Assembly (NCBI RefSeq): GCF_006345805.1
Contig: NC_042997.1
Span: 6,138,001-6,202,000, forward strand
Direction of reading: 5' to 3'
DNA length: 64,000 nucleotides
From: Octopus sinensis
Lineage: Eukaryota
The first letter of the stretch is position 1. Each line of letters opens with the position of its first letter. The notes below the pieces were generated by a model that saw nothing but the letters and a program-made list of their open reading frames with translations, was not told the origin of the DNA and made no database searches. Positions 40,535 to 53,597 of the stretch are shown piece after piece. A program made the translations under genes and the position numbers.

Positions 40535-42686
40535 ATCATCCCATGGTTTCGGGTTCAGTCACATTGCGTAGCACCTTGGGCAAGTGTCTTCTAGTATAGC
40601 CTCCGGCCGACCAAAGCCTTGTGAGGGGATTTGGTAGACAGAAACTGAAAGAAGCCCGTCATATATATGTATATATATGTACATATATATGTGTGTGTGT
40701 GTGTGTGCATTTGTGTGTCTGTTTGTCCCCAAACATCGCGGTTAATATAGGGCGTAACAAATATCAGAAAATCAAAAAAAAATGTGTGTAATAGGTGTAA
40801 AACAACTTCCTATGAACGAATATGAAAAAAAAAATTCGCGCACGCGAAAGGGGGGTGGGGGAGAGGCCTCGGAAAATTCACATCGGGAAGTTCCGAAAGC
40901 GTCTGAGGGGCTGACCCGGGCACCAAAACAAAAAAAAAATAGTGTAATATGTGTAAAACAACTTGCTCTAAACGAATATGACAAAAAAAATTGCGCTCGC
41001 GAAAGGGGGGTGGGGGAGAGGCTTCGGAAATTTCACATCTTCAGTCCACGGCCTTTAAACTAAGAAAAAATAGTGTAATTGGTGTAAAACTACTTGTTCT
41101 AAACGAGTATCAAGAACACACACTCACACATGAATCATAAACTCCGTATTTCGCAAAAAAAAATAAATAAAGAGAAGAAATTCTGGAAAAAGTGAAGAAA
41201 TGTTGGATCTCCGCCATGTGAATCAAAATACGTGTCAGAAACATCTTGAAATACTACAGAAATTATGTTACGAAAATGATAATGTATACATACCTCTTTG
41301 AGTGGTCCATCGATAATGATGATAAAGAAATGAGTTGGATTTGAACTCAGAATATTGACTAACACAACTACATACTACAAGACTCAAAATATTCAGCCAA
41401 GTCACCACCCTTTAACTAGCAATAATAATAACATCAATAACATAACAGCCAAAAGATTTATTTGTTCTGAAAATAACAATCATAGTAAATAAATGTTCTT
41501 TAATATTCACATTCATGTGCACAGTTAAACACACTTACATACAAACAGTCATGCATGCATAATACAGAACGGAACACATAAATGAAGGATGCATTACTAA
41601 GTATATATTACATCTAGAGAATTTTGATTAATAAGTCAAATATGCAAATTATAAAGATAATTAATTGCTTTACTAAACTGTTGTAAAGGTGAAAAAATAA
41701 ATTTGGGAAAAAAATACACGCCAAAACTAATTAATAAAGGATAATTAGGGAAGGATTGACACAAAATAATAATTTTTTCTGTCTCTTTTTTTCTGATAAA
41801 TGCATCTTAATAAGTGAGAAGAATTGCATATATCTGAACTATTTCAAAGAAAAGCATAAATTTAATGTTTAAAATAGCTTTAACCAAGGAATGAGATCCA
41901 ACATTTATTCACTTTTTCCAGAATTTCTTCTCTTTATTTTTTTTTTTTGCGAAATACGGAGTTTATGATTCATGTGTGAGTGTGTGTTCTTGATACTCGT
42001 TTAGAACAAGTAGTTTTACACCAATTACACTATTTTTTCTTAGTTTAAAGGCCGTGGACTGAAGATGTGAAATTTCCGAAGCCTCTCCCCCACCCCCCTT
42101 TCGCGAGCGCGCATTTTTTTCATGATAGTCGTTTAGAGCAAGTTGTTTTACACCTATTACGCTGTTTTTGTTTTTGTTTTTGTGCCCGGTTCAGACGCTT
42201 TCGGAAATTCCCGATATAAATATTCCGAGGCCTCTCCCCCACCCCTCTTTCACGAGAGCGCATTTTTTTTTGTCATATTCGTTTAGAGCAAGTTGTTTTA
42301 CACATATTACACTATTTTTTTTTTTTGTTTTGGTGCCCGGGTCAGCTCCTCAGACGCTTTCGGAACTTCCCGATGTGAATTTTCCGAGGCCTCTCCCCCA
42401 CCCCCCTTTCGCGTGCGCGAATTTTTTTTTTCATATTCGTTCATAGGAAGTTGTTTTACACCTATTACACACATTTTTTTTTTGATTTTCTGATATTTGT
42501 TACGCCCTATATTAACCAACATCGCTTGACAACCGATGGTGGTGTGTTTACGTCCCCGTAACTTAGCGACTCGTCAAAAGTACTAGGCTTACAAATAGTA
42601 AGTCCTGGTGTCAATTTGCTCGACTAAAAGGCACTGCTCCAGCATGGCCACAGTCAAATGACTGAAACAAGCAAAGGAGTAAAAGT
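40535..42686 (+). mobile_element. SINE family 1 copy split by a DNA-element insertion
   Basis: 5' half at 40535-40739 and 3' half at 42518-42686 rejoin as gtttgtccccaaacatcgcttgacaaccgat. Confidence 0.88.
40740..42517. mobile_element. 1778-bp non-autonomous foldback-type DNA transposon with modular long TIRs and an 8-bp TSD
   Basis: Ends GGTTAATATAGGGCGTAACAAATATCAG / CTGATATTTGTTACGCCCTATATTAACC; TSD aacatcgc at 40732-40739 and 42518-42525; arms 40740-41211 and 41893-42517 are built of ~130-157-bp subunits. Confidence 0.93.
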
Positions 42687-44578
42687 GTATTCCTTGCAGA
42701 GGGGAGTGTCGCTCAAACTTTCCCTGGAACTCAGCAATCATACAGATATACATTAGGTACAATAGTAAAATCAGCAACTACAAACCACATAACAATAATT
42801 ATATTCAACAGAGCAACCGTGACAACTCCAGACAACAACCATCCCAAAACAACAAAATTATCTTTTCTTGGGATTTGATTTATGAGCGATAAAACCTCTA
42901 TAAAATTACCTCCGTCCTTAGCGGCGTAAGGGAATGTATTGCCGATGACCAAACTGAGATCGACTATATGCATTATAATTGTATCGCACACTTCAGGAAG
43001 GAAGTATCGTTCATAAACCACACCCCAAATAAAGTCAGCCATTTCCGCGTTTATTTATTCAACAGCAAATGGAGTTAATTTTTCGAAGAGAAGTATGATT
43101 GGTACATTCAAAAACGGTAATATAATACCTTCTTTATAAAGTAGAGTTAAAGATATGTATTTGCTATGTGCCTACAGTTTATGACCATCTGAAACTGACT
43201 ACACGCAATGAAAAATTAAAACATGAATAGTTTGACTTCAGTTCACGAATAGTGCTATGAATCTTTAGCAGTTGAGAATGAAAAGCTGTCGCGTTAGGAA
43301 TGTCATAATGGATGGGTAAATAATTATCCTTAAAGTGAAACAACGAATTCGTTAGTAAACAAAGTTGTCAACAAATAGAAGTGCGGGAAGGAAGTATCAC
43401 CTTACAATTAGCTCAAAATAGGTAACCGTAAGCTTGTCAAAGTATAATGCAGTTTAAATATGGAGATTAAAATTGTTTGGAATTGGATACTCATCGCGTA
43501 CAGTGTTCCTAGTCGAAATAAATAAATAGTCAAAATACTTTTAATTTTACAATATTATCTAACCAAGTAATAATACATAATTACAATATGTAAATGAATA
43601 ATAAAAGGTGGACTGTTGAAATAAAATGACAACATCTTTTCACTTTATAATATTCTCTAACCAAGTAAAATACACAATTACAACATATAAATAAATAATA
43701 AATCAAAAGTGGGAAAACCATTAAAAATATTTTCTGATGCCAATATACGACGATATAGATTAAAAATATATAGAAGACCCTACATACTATAAACCTATGT
43801 ACATACAACGAATTATAGAAAAAACACGTGTAAACTACTGTTTTTTCCCGGTTTGTCAATTTACACGGGAGTTTTCGATAAAAGGTAATAGTACATGGCC
43901 ATCCGTGGGACGTAAGTAACGTGTGTGAAAATAGGTTGAGAGATGTGCAAATGTATAATTTAGTCAATAAGCACACATAGTGTAATTTATATGTACTAGA
44001 TATATACACACACATATATGTGCCTATATTTGTGTGAGTGCTCGTGTGTGTGATGCGCGCGCGCAGACACACATTCGTAATGTTCGTTAACAATTACACC
44101 TTTATAACAACATAAATACATTGCGGAATGTGAGTCTCAAACATGCAGTAATCTAATTGTTCTTCAAAGAATCAGCAACGAAAGCAATCGTTTCAGGTTG
44201 ATTATTTCTTTCATCATTCTAATAACTATAATTCAATATAATTAGTGAAGTTCAGCTCACTCATGCTTCAAACTGTATTTTGCCAAATAAAGGGAGAGCA
44301 TTTTGCCAAGAAAATGTATTCAATTTTTTTATGAAAAGAAGAAAGAATTCTTATTTTCGTGACGTAGGGAAAGAATCAGCAATTATTTGCTACATTATTA
44401 ATTTTGCCTTCAATGTTGTTTGTTCTTTTTTTTTTCTGAACGTAGCTTTTCCCTTAAGGTTAAAGATATTGATGGAAGTTTAACAAACGACTAATTAATA
44501 TTTATTTTTTTCTACATTCTGGTGGCAGAGTACTATCAATACACACAAACTATACACACTGTATCACACACACACATA

Positions 44579-44682
44579 TGTGTATGTATGTATGTATGTA
44601 TGTATGTATGTATGTATGTATGTATGTATGTATGTATGTATGTATGTATGTATGTATGTATATATGTATGTATGTATGTATG
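44579..44682. repeat. (TATG)n tetranucleotide microsatellite
   Basis: Directly visible. Confidence 0.95.
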
Positions 44683-45229
44683 TCTTTTGAAATCTGACCT
44701 TACACTTCATCTGTTATTTCTATATATTTGTTTTGAATTTTTCACTCGAAGATAACAAACTGATAATAAATTCCCATTCTCGAAAACATCTTAACATATT
44801 TCACCAAATATTTACGTAAAATGATATTAAATGCTAGAAGAATTCCTTTGACACATCTCTTGGGAAAGCAGTTTAGCGTGAAGTGATTTAATTAATATTG
44901 GAATTGTGTGTCCGGAATTATTTTAAAGTATTTTTACTTAAAGAAGCAAATAGTCTCATACTTGCCTTTGTAATAGTAATAGTCGCAAAAGTAATATGCA
45001 TATCATCGTTTCTCGCATTGCACGCTACAGCAGACACATTTTTGCACCAGCACAACTTCCAACCCCAACCTGAAATTTCCTAAATACTACCACCTAGAAT
45101 TATCTTTCTTCTCAAGGGCTGGAGTCTACAGAACCACTCTTACACATACCGATGGTATCACAAGATACTACAGGAACATGACGCTCTTCAAGGTATGGTT
45201 TATGCAGCACTTGCATTCGCTTAGATGAA

Positions 45230-45520
45230 GGAAGGAAGAGATATAGGGATGAAAGGACAGACTCACTTCTACTTCTTTGTTTCGATTCATCTGGAGATTT
45301 CTTGACCTCCGGAATAAAACTCTACACATCCGGTGCTTGACATTATCAGCTCTGCGCAAAAGATTGCTTGTTATGCCCCACGCTGTGGTACCTATCAACA
45401 AGAATTACAAACTATCATATTGCTTTCATCAGAGGTACGACCTCTTGGTGAACAGCAAACTAATGGCCACTGATAGGTCAGACATTACACCTTAAAATTG
45501 TTGCTCCTCAACACGGGCTA
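45230..45520 (-). mobile_element. Degenerate RTE-type LINE ORF2 C-terminal fragment
   Basis: LIGTTAWGITSNLLRRAD..RMCRVLF..NKEV resembles the LYG.E.W.lT...RRl..mLR...N.EV pattern that follows the RT domain in RTE elements. Confidence 0.45.
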
Positions 45521-45822
45521 CTCCACAAAATGATCAGAGATCCAACCAGTTCAGACCATCGACTGAACTTCGAATCCTGTGCATCTCCTATAACATTTTA
45601 CATTCATCACCATATACTTGGGTGCGCGCTCATACACATACACACAAACAACTATGTACGTATGCTTTTGCACTCTTTCTCTACCTAAACTCAATCCAAC
45701 GCCAAATTCGTCTAACATTGACGTTACAACCACAGTTCATCCATCAACTATGCTCACGCACACATACATAGCAACAACACCATATATATGTACACGCACA
45801 AACCTGAGAAGAGCGCATAGAA

Positions 45823-45909
45823 GATACTTGCCCGAGGTGCCAAACAGCGAGACTGAACCCGGAACCATGTGGTCGGGATATAACCATCATACCACACAGC
45901 CACTCCTGC
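45823..45909 (-). mobile_element. SINE family 1 head fragment
   Basis: tacttgcccgaggtgcc..gactgaacccggaaccatgtgg..accacacagccactcctgc. Confidence 0.8.
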
Positions 45910-45938
45910 TATGTGTGTATATATGTATGTATATGTAT

Positions 45939-46680
45939 AACAGGAGTGGCTGTGTGGTACGATGTTTGTATCCCGACTACATGGTTCCGGATTCAGTCCC
46001 ACTGATTGGCATCTTGAGAAAGTGCCTTGTATTATAGCCTCTAGCCGACCAAATCATTGTAAGTGGATTCGATAAACAGAAACTGAATATAACGGGAAGG
46101 TTTACGAAAATAAACAAAAGACGAAGGCAGGTGGTGTACAAACAAGCAATTGTATTAGTATGTCGCTCAGGAATAGAAATAAAACAAGTATTTTACGTTT
46201 CGAGAAAGATACACAGAAAAGAAACAAGGAGAGAAACAAGGAGAGAAAAAAATGCGTGCAGGAGCTAACGATTCAACATGGCGTTCTGATTTCAGCCAGA
46301 AGTCAGAGATCAGACGTTAGATGCTAGAGGGATAGTAGGGGAGATAACAGGGTCAAGTTACCTCGCCCCAACATAAGGGTGCGTGTGTGTATAAGAGAGT
46401 ATGTATGTGCGTATGAAAGGTCTGGATATAGTCCGCCGTATATATATATGTGTGTGTGTGTGAAAGTGTGTGTGTTTGTGTTTCTTTGTTTGTCCCTCCT
46501 CATTACTTGACAACCGATGTTGATGTGTTTACATCCACGTAACTTAGCTGCTAGGCATAAGAAACCGATAGAATGAGCACCAGGCTTAAAAAGAAGTACT
46601 GAGGTCAGTCAATTCTTTTAATTAAAAATATTCAAGTCTGTGCCTCAGCTTGGCCGCAGACTAATTACTGAAATAAGTAA
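45939..46680 (+). mobile_element. SINE family 1 copy interrupted by a ~340-bp unrelated repeat (46088-46430)
   Basis: Head at 45939-46087 (caggagtggctgtgtggtac..gaaactgaa); the body resumes at ~46432 (ccgtatatatat..tgacaaccgatg..actgaaataagtaaa). Confidence 0.75.
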
Positions 46681-47193
46681 AACACAAAACATAAAATATA
46701 TAGACAGAGACACACATGTTCGCGTATGCGAGTACTCATACCTGACTGATATAAACCCGTACATATACGTAGAGGAACCCTAGCAAACTCATATAATTAC
46801 CAGCGAGCTGGTATCTGCAGCTCTCACAAACACACCAGCTACATAAAGGCACACCCCTTCACATATACATAGAAGCCGATATATACACATAAGCAACATA
46901 TTTCTATATCTACGCACTACACAACACCGGCCATGTTTCAAAGACGGGTTAGATAGCACTTCGTCATCAGCTACTTGACCGGTCACGTGATGCAGCTTTT
47001 TCAACTTTAAAAGCATTTGATGTCGCTGGAATGCCGATTACACTTCAAATAATGACATATGAACTGCCTAAACCTACAACGGCTGAGTTTCCAGTAGCCA
47101 TTTGGGATTCCCTGTATCTTTCCGTTCGACTACTGAACCCAACGAGCTAGGTATGCCTACGAAAGTTACATGCATGCGAATCAAACTGTTTTG

Positions 47194-47257
47194 AATAATA
47201 ATAATATTAATAATAATAATAACAATAATGATAACAATAATAATAATAATAATAATG

Positions 47258-47304
<47 letters not shown>

Positions 47305-47366
47305 TATATTATTATTATTATTATTATTATATTATTATTATTATTATTAATATTATTATTATTATT
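47194..47366. repeat. (AAT)n abutting (ATT)n: inverted microsatellite palindrome
   Basis: Switch at ~47303; the interruption aatattaat (47203) is mirrored as attaatatt (47346). Confidence 0.85.
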
Positions 47367-47477
47367 GTTGTTGCTGTAATTTCAAATGTTGGCACAACGC
47401 CAAACATGACGATAGAGGAAGTATGGCGCTAAGCATTTTGCCGATTGTACTAAGGATTGTGCCAGATCAAGTCATTC

Positions 47478-47521
<44 letters not shown>

Positions 47522-48891
47522 AATAAATAAATAAATAAATATGTATGTATGTGTTACACATATGTTCCGTAATTGCCTTATCTACTTTTTCCTACACCGA
47601 GCAATTTAGCCAGCAGGGGCCTGAGATGGGCGAGGAGTATAATAAAGATATCCAGATTGACGACGTACATCTCACATAATACGTTCCGGCACCGCCGAAC
47701 ACTCCATCTAAGACCGTCTGGTCTTTCACCAGGCTAACACCCAGATACCCTGTACTCGTCTCATGAAGGATCAAGCTTTCACTTTATATCTTCCCATCGA
47801 CCGTTTCTCTGAATTTCATATCTGAATTCATCTAACTCTTCAGGTAAACTCTCACTGTAACCACCTTTCTCTTTAGATCTCACTTATTCGTCTCTCACAC
47901 CGCTTCCCTGCATCTAAACAAGCCTCCACTCTTTCGATTACCACACATCTTGAAAATTCTCATCCACTAATATGCTCTCAAGAACATATATTCTGGTTAC
48001 ATACACACTCCCATATTCTTTCCTTCTCAATTACACTTACACATAAACAGACTCATATCATCTAAATCTTGTCCCTTGATAACCCCCCACACACTAGCAC
48101 GTTCACACACATACATACATATAAATAATATATGATAATACGTGCGTACTCACACACATCTAATATCCGCCCACACACGCACACATATGAACTGATATCT
48201 ACATTCCCTTAAGATGTTTTCCTGACACTAATTCACGCAGCCATAGCACTCTTGTTACATACACACACACAGACAAACACATTTGCATAGGAATGCACGC
48301 CCATTCACATACGTACATACACGTACAACCACACGTTCTCTGGCACATTCACACCAAATTCAGCCATCCATCTATTCCAAATTTTCTATGTAAATTCATT
48401 TAAACCTTCCCAGTCATTTACTGGTTTGCTCGCTAACCTAGACACGCAAACGCACAAATCTCCCCCACATACAACTTTTCTACGCGCACGCGCATTTCCT
48501 TCTTCACAATCTTCCTCGTCTTTCGGTTCTTGCTCTCCTGTGAAAAGAGATCTGCTTGTTCCTCTTGCGGCCATCTTTCATTCATCACCCATCTTTACAT
48601 TACTTTGCCCATGCGACACGTTCCGAATCAACTCAATTTGGCTATTTTCCACCTGAGGGATTTTCCAATAGAATCTCCCATTTGACCATATTTGGACACT
48701 TTGGAATCTCTCACACTGTAAAATATTTGAAAAATCGTATTTTCTGTTTTTATTTTTCTCTAATCTTTTATAAACCGTCTAAATTCATACATATGCTTTC
48801 TCTTGATTTTCGCTTATCAGTTTCTTTGGTTACAGACCTTTAACCATTGACGTAACCTCAACAGAAGCTTCCCTAGTGATTTTTGTAAATG

Positions 48892-49130
48892 ATATTTCTC
48901 AATTTTTCTCCTATTATTTTCTGTCTCTTTTTGAACACCCACCTTTTTTCTATTTCTCTTTTTTATGTTTTCTTCAAATTTTATACCTTTTCATTCTTAA
49001 AAATGTTTTTTCTTAAAAAACATTTTTAAGAATGAAAAATTATAAAAATGAAGAAATCATAAATAAGAGAAATAGAAGGTGGGTGTTCAAAAAGTGACAG
49101 GAAATAGTGGGAGAAAAATTCAGAAAAATA
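48892..49130. repeat. ~240-bp imperfect palindrome with a 3-nt loop
   Basis: ttcattcttaaaaatgtttttt-ctt-aaaaaacatttttaagaatgaa at the centre (49012-49014); outer tttttgaacacccacctt pairs with aaggtgggtgttcaaaaa. Confidence 0.88.
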
Positions 49131-49471
49131 TATATGTACTATTCTTATCCAAGAAACAAGAATGTAGTTCACAATGATTTCAAATTTTCGGGCCGCTAAG
49201 CCACCTTCGGCAGTCCGACAAACGCTTACCTGACTGAAACGTCGAGGTCACTGTGAACGAAATTCTTGCATAAGAATGTTAACTTTATACTACAAAATGT
49301 ATACAGTAAACCATCAGATAACGGTAAAATTGTTGTATTATTTGTAACTGCTCATCAAAACATGTGTACACAGATATACACACAGACTCACATGTATGAA
49401 TGTAGAACAAGAATAGTGCTAGCTGTGTCATGGAAATAGAGACATGTTTATATATGTATGTCCTTGTGTAT

Positions 49472-49805
49472 TTCTTTTATTTCTTTCAGTCATTAGTTTG
49501 TGGTTATGCTGGAGCACACGCTTGATAAATTCTAGTTGAGTGCATCAATCTGGGTGCATATTCAATTGATTTCTTTGAACGAACGTCTAAGTTTCGTTTA
49601 TGTAAACTCAGTAAAATATATCTTGAAGTCGCGGGTGATGGACAAATAACAAAGACATAAATACATGACGGTCGTTTTTTAGTTTCCATCAGGGAAATCA
49701 ACTCGCAAGCTTTCGTCAGTCCGAGCCTATAGTAGACACTTACACAAGGTGCCATGCCGTATCATGTAATCGGGAACAAAGCTTCTTACCACACAGTCAT
49801 GCCTC
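49472..49805 (-). mobile_element. Diverged SINE family 1 copy
   Basis: tttcagtcatt..atgctggagcac at one end; ctatagtagacacttacacaaggtgccatgc..cttaccacacagtcatgcct at the other. Confidence 0.7.
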
Positions 49806-51082
49806 GTCTCTCTCCCACTCTCTCCCTCACTCTCTCTCACTCTGTACAGACACACACACATATACTTACTTCTGTATAAGTATAATAAACTTATATTTTT
49901 CTAATTATCATGAATATTTTTTTATCATATATAAGAACGATAAACCAACTGAACTCTCCTTGAAAACAGTAAATATTTACACTTATTACAAGATAGACAC
50001 TTTGTTTATTAAAAATATTTTAAAATGTATCTATGAAGATATGAATTCCTCGAACACAAATCAATTCATATTTGGGATCCATCTCTTATGATTTCTCAAT
50101 AAATTCGTGCATCGCTTAATATAATTTTATTCAAGTATTTGGAAAAATATGTTTTCGTAATTGGAGATGTTTTTCCTATAGTCGTTATTACAGTGATTTC
50201 ATCGGGAACAATGCATTGATATAGAAGTTGAAATATAATTTCAGATGTGAGAATCATTTTGCAGGAATAATTATCTACTACCAGCAGATAAAAAACAATA
50301 TTCACATTAATGAGATCTACCACGTGTCACATCAAACATTGACTCATACAAGGAAATGTTATCAGAACAATAAAATAATGGGAAGAAAATCAAATTCATG
50401 GCATGGCATCTGTTTAATTATGTTTTCCATTAAATATTCTTGAAAATATAGAACCATATTCATGAATAAAATTTTTTATGTTTTTTTTTATTTCTTATCT
50501 TTTAATAAGAATATGGCAGATAATGTTCGTTAAATACCCTTTCATTATATGTTTGCTGAAGTAAACATTAATTATTTGACGTGTATATTCCGTTTACTAA
50601 ATTAATCATTGAATATCTGAGTCAGATTTCACGCGGGGTATGTAACTTTAACTTGTACTTGTTCACCCTAAAGTTGACGGAAACTGAAATACTTTCATTC
50701 GCAAAGTCAGTAATCATTCTACAATCATTTACGAATTGATCCTTGTTTGCAAAAAAAAAAAAAATAAATTTAAATTAAAATCCTTAATGCTATCGATATG
50801 AACGTCGGGCATGAAACGTCGTTACAAAATCAGCGCGGGTTATTATTTCTATAGACAATCTGAAGAGATAACCTTAACAATTGATGTAATAGCACCGCTA
50901 GCACAATATTAACTTATAAGAGCATTTGATATATTTTGCAATATAAAATGACTGCAATAAGAAATATGGTGTCCCTGCAGGTCATTAGTTTTTTTTAACA
51001 TAGCATATTATTGGTTGTCAAATGACATTTCTCTCTGCGAAAGAAAGTGGTTCTTCAATTACATCGACCACAATGTTTAAAT

Positions 51083-51188
51083 GGTACTTATTCTATCGAC
51101 CCTGAAAGGATGACATGTAAAGTCTACTCTGGTGGCAGTTGAACCCAGGATGTAAAGACAGATGAAAGGACGGTAAGCATTTTGCTAT
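51083..51188 (-). mobile_element. Diverged SINE family 2 fragment
   Basis: ggtacttattctatcgaccctgaaaggatga..gtaaagacagatgaa..taagcattttgc. Confidence 0.65.
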
Positions 51189-53597
51189 CTCCGTAATATT
51201 AACTGTTTACTGTTCCAATCAAAATATTTAAACTCAAGTTGGAAGCGAAGATTCAGTTAGATGGAACTGAATCTTTGAATAATAGTTGTACATTTTTACG
51301 GTCTTGTCTAAAGAAATTATAATTTCAATGCTGCTGATATTTTGAAGCAAATTCTGAAGAAATACGTTGAAACTGAATCCCTTGAGTATAATTCCGCAAT
51401 TTATGGGGACATTAAATGATACATTTTGAAATGCGCATTCGCTATGTGCTTTAAAGCGATGTTTAGTAGGCTGGACATTAAAAGCTATCACTTCCAATTT
51501 TTTTATATATTTTGATTCCTTACACACAACTGGCTAGATCTGAAATAAATATCCGCATTTTCAACGAAGAATCGAGACATACAGCTTATATTGGTTATTA
51601 CGGAATATGCTTTCCAAAGATTTGTGCAGAAAGAAAATGTGTGACAATTTTATTTTATGCATCAAAATGTATATAAGTAAAATATCCTTCATCGTCGCAT
51701 TCCCTCCCCTGCCATCTGCATCCCTACATCACTCTCTTCTTATCCTACCACTACACTACAGAAAAACAAAACGTAGACTGAGGGCAAATTTTAGCCGCTG
51801 ATTAAAGGAACCAGTTCAAGACTCATTAATCCTACGTAATAATTGAACAGTCCAGTTCTTTAACATTTTGATTTGATCTGTGTGTATCTTACATCCATAA
51901 AATTTTCTCGGGATATTTAAGTATTCAGATTTGATTCAGGCCACTGGATTGAGAACAACTAAACTAAGCTACAGTGTTCTGTTAAACTATTTCTGGTTAT
52001 TACTGGAGTTTTGCCTCTCCATTTCTAGTATGAAACATTTTGTTAAGTTAGCAAATATAAAACTATACTTTCATATACATAACAACGCATACACTCATAC
52101 ACGGACACGCATGCACGCAGACACATACATTCGTGTACGAGGGTGCGGGTGGGCGCACACATACATATACAGAGTTTTAATTTTTGTTTTACTTATTATT
52201 TTATTATAACAATATGTCCCTGCTGCTGAACAGTCTGTGTATGAATGCTAGTTTGTTTCATTTCATTTCCACAACTGGTGAGAAACGATTTTGGTTCTGA
52301 CGAATCAGTCAAATGGATTAAACTGCTAATATTTACATTTTTGCTGTGATCTAGGTTCTCACGTGTGCAAACACATGCATTGAACGTGTTGAAACAGATA
52401 TATACAGAACATATAATGCATCTTACCTAATATCTTATGGATTAAATTTTACTACATTAATCGTTAGCTGACACTTTAAGCATTTTGCTATATTCTACGC
52501 ACCGAAAATTTGATCGTGGGTATTGTTTTCAGATTACCATTAATATGAAATTACTTATTGTCCTTAAGATTCGAGAGATCCAGTACATTTGTGTATATAA
52601 GAAATAATAATGGAGAGGTGCTATTGACTATGTAATAGTTTCTCGGGAAAAATTAAGTGTTGGCGTTAGATATTTGATGTATATGTATTTCTTCCTACCA
52701 ACTGATAGCATAATGTAAACCGTAATGTATAAGAATAAAGAATCACAAAGGAATACATGAATATACAATCAAATTCATCGATGTGTAATTTAAACATTGC
52801 CGAGAAGCAAACCTGCTGTAAGATTCGTTTCTTACGCCGATAATATGTTAATCTTTTATTTTATTTCACCTTTGTATACTAGCAGAATATATCATTCATG
52901 TTAACATAAATATTATTTGGTCTTGATGTAAGATAAATATACTAGCCACAAAAAAAAAAGAAACGTCAGTTACTCAAGGTTTGGTGTGGAGGCGGAAATA
53001 TCAAGGAGCATAAATGCCGAAAGGCGATTCTATACAAAGACATTTTTCTATAGAGTGATTATTTTAAGTAAATATTTGAGTCTAGTCTACATTTCAGACA
53101 ATTTTTTCAATGTAGAATTCGATTTGATACCATTCCACACACAGACACGCGTGCACGCAAATACAATCATATGAAGATACACACAAACACACACACAAAC
53201 ACGTACATCAGAAAATTATGATGACGGCTAATAAGCAAACCTTCAAAATCATTTGCAAACTTTTCCTTTTGTATCGATACATATATATATATACATAATT
53301 ATGTATTTTATCATTTATCTGTTTCAGTCATTAGACTGCGGCAATTCTGTGGCAATGCCTTCAAGAATTTTAGTAGAACGAATCAGCATCAGCACGTAAT
53401 TTCTGTAGTCCGGCACTTGTTATATCGGTATGAAACAGTCTACACAGTATACAGTGCGGTGTTAGCTTCCTGGGATTCATACTTATTCCGAACCATGGCT
53501 CGGTTCCTACACTCGTCATGCTTCAATAACAAAACAAGGTGCGAACTTGAGTGAAGGAGTTCTTCACCACGAAAGGAAAGAGATGATATCAATGTTG

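Noticed and set aside
40782-42522. ORFs inside the foldback element arms
   Set aside because: They are translations of the TIR subunit repeats, appear on both strands and have no transposase motifs.
42731-43042. 103-aa minus-strand ORF beginning MADFIWGVVYER
   Set aside because: Only vague similarity to a Tc1-type LWG motif; no other support.
48386-48574. Minus-strand ORF MAARGTSRSLF with an AAGATGGCCG start context
   Set aside because: Could be a first exon or transposase start, but there is no clear donor, homology or terminal repeat.
49228-49250. ctgactgaaacgtcgagg and similar gaaacgtc words (also ~50813)
   Set aside because: No stem II and an incomplete core; not a supportable hammerhead.
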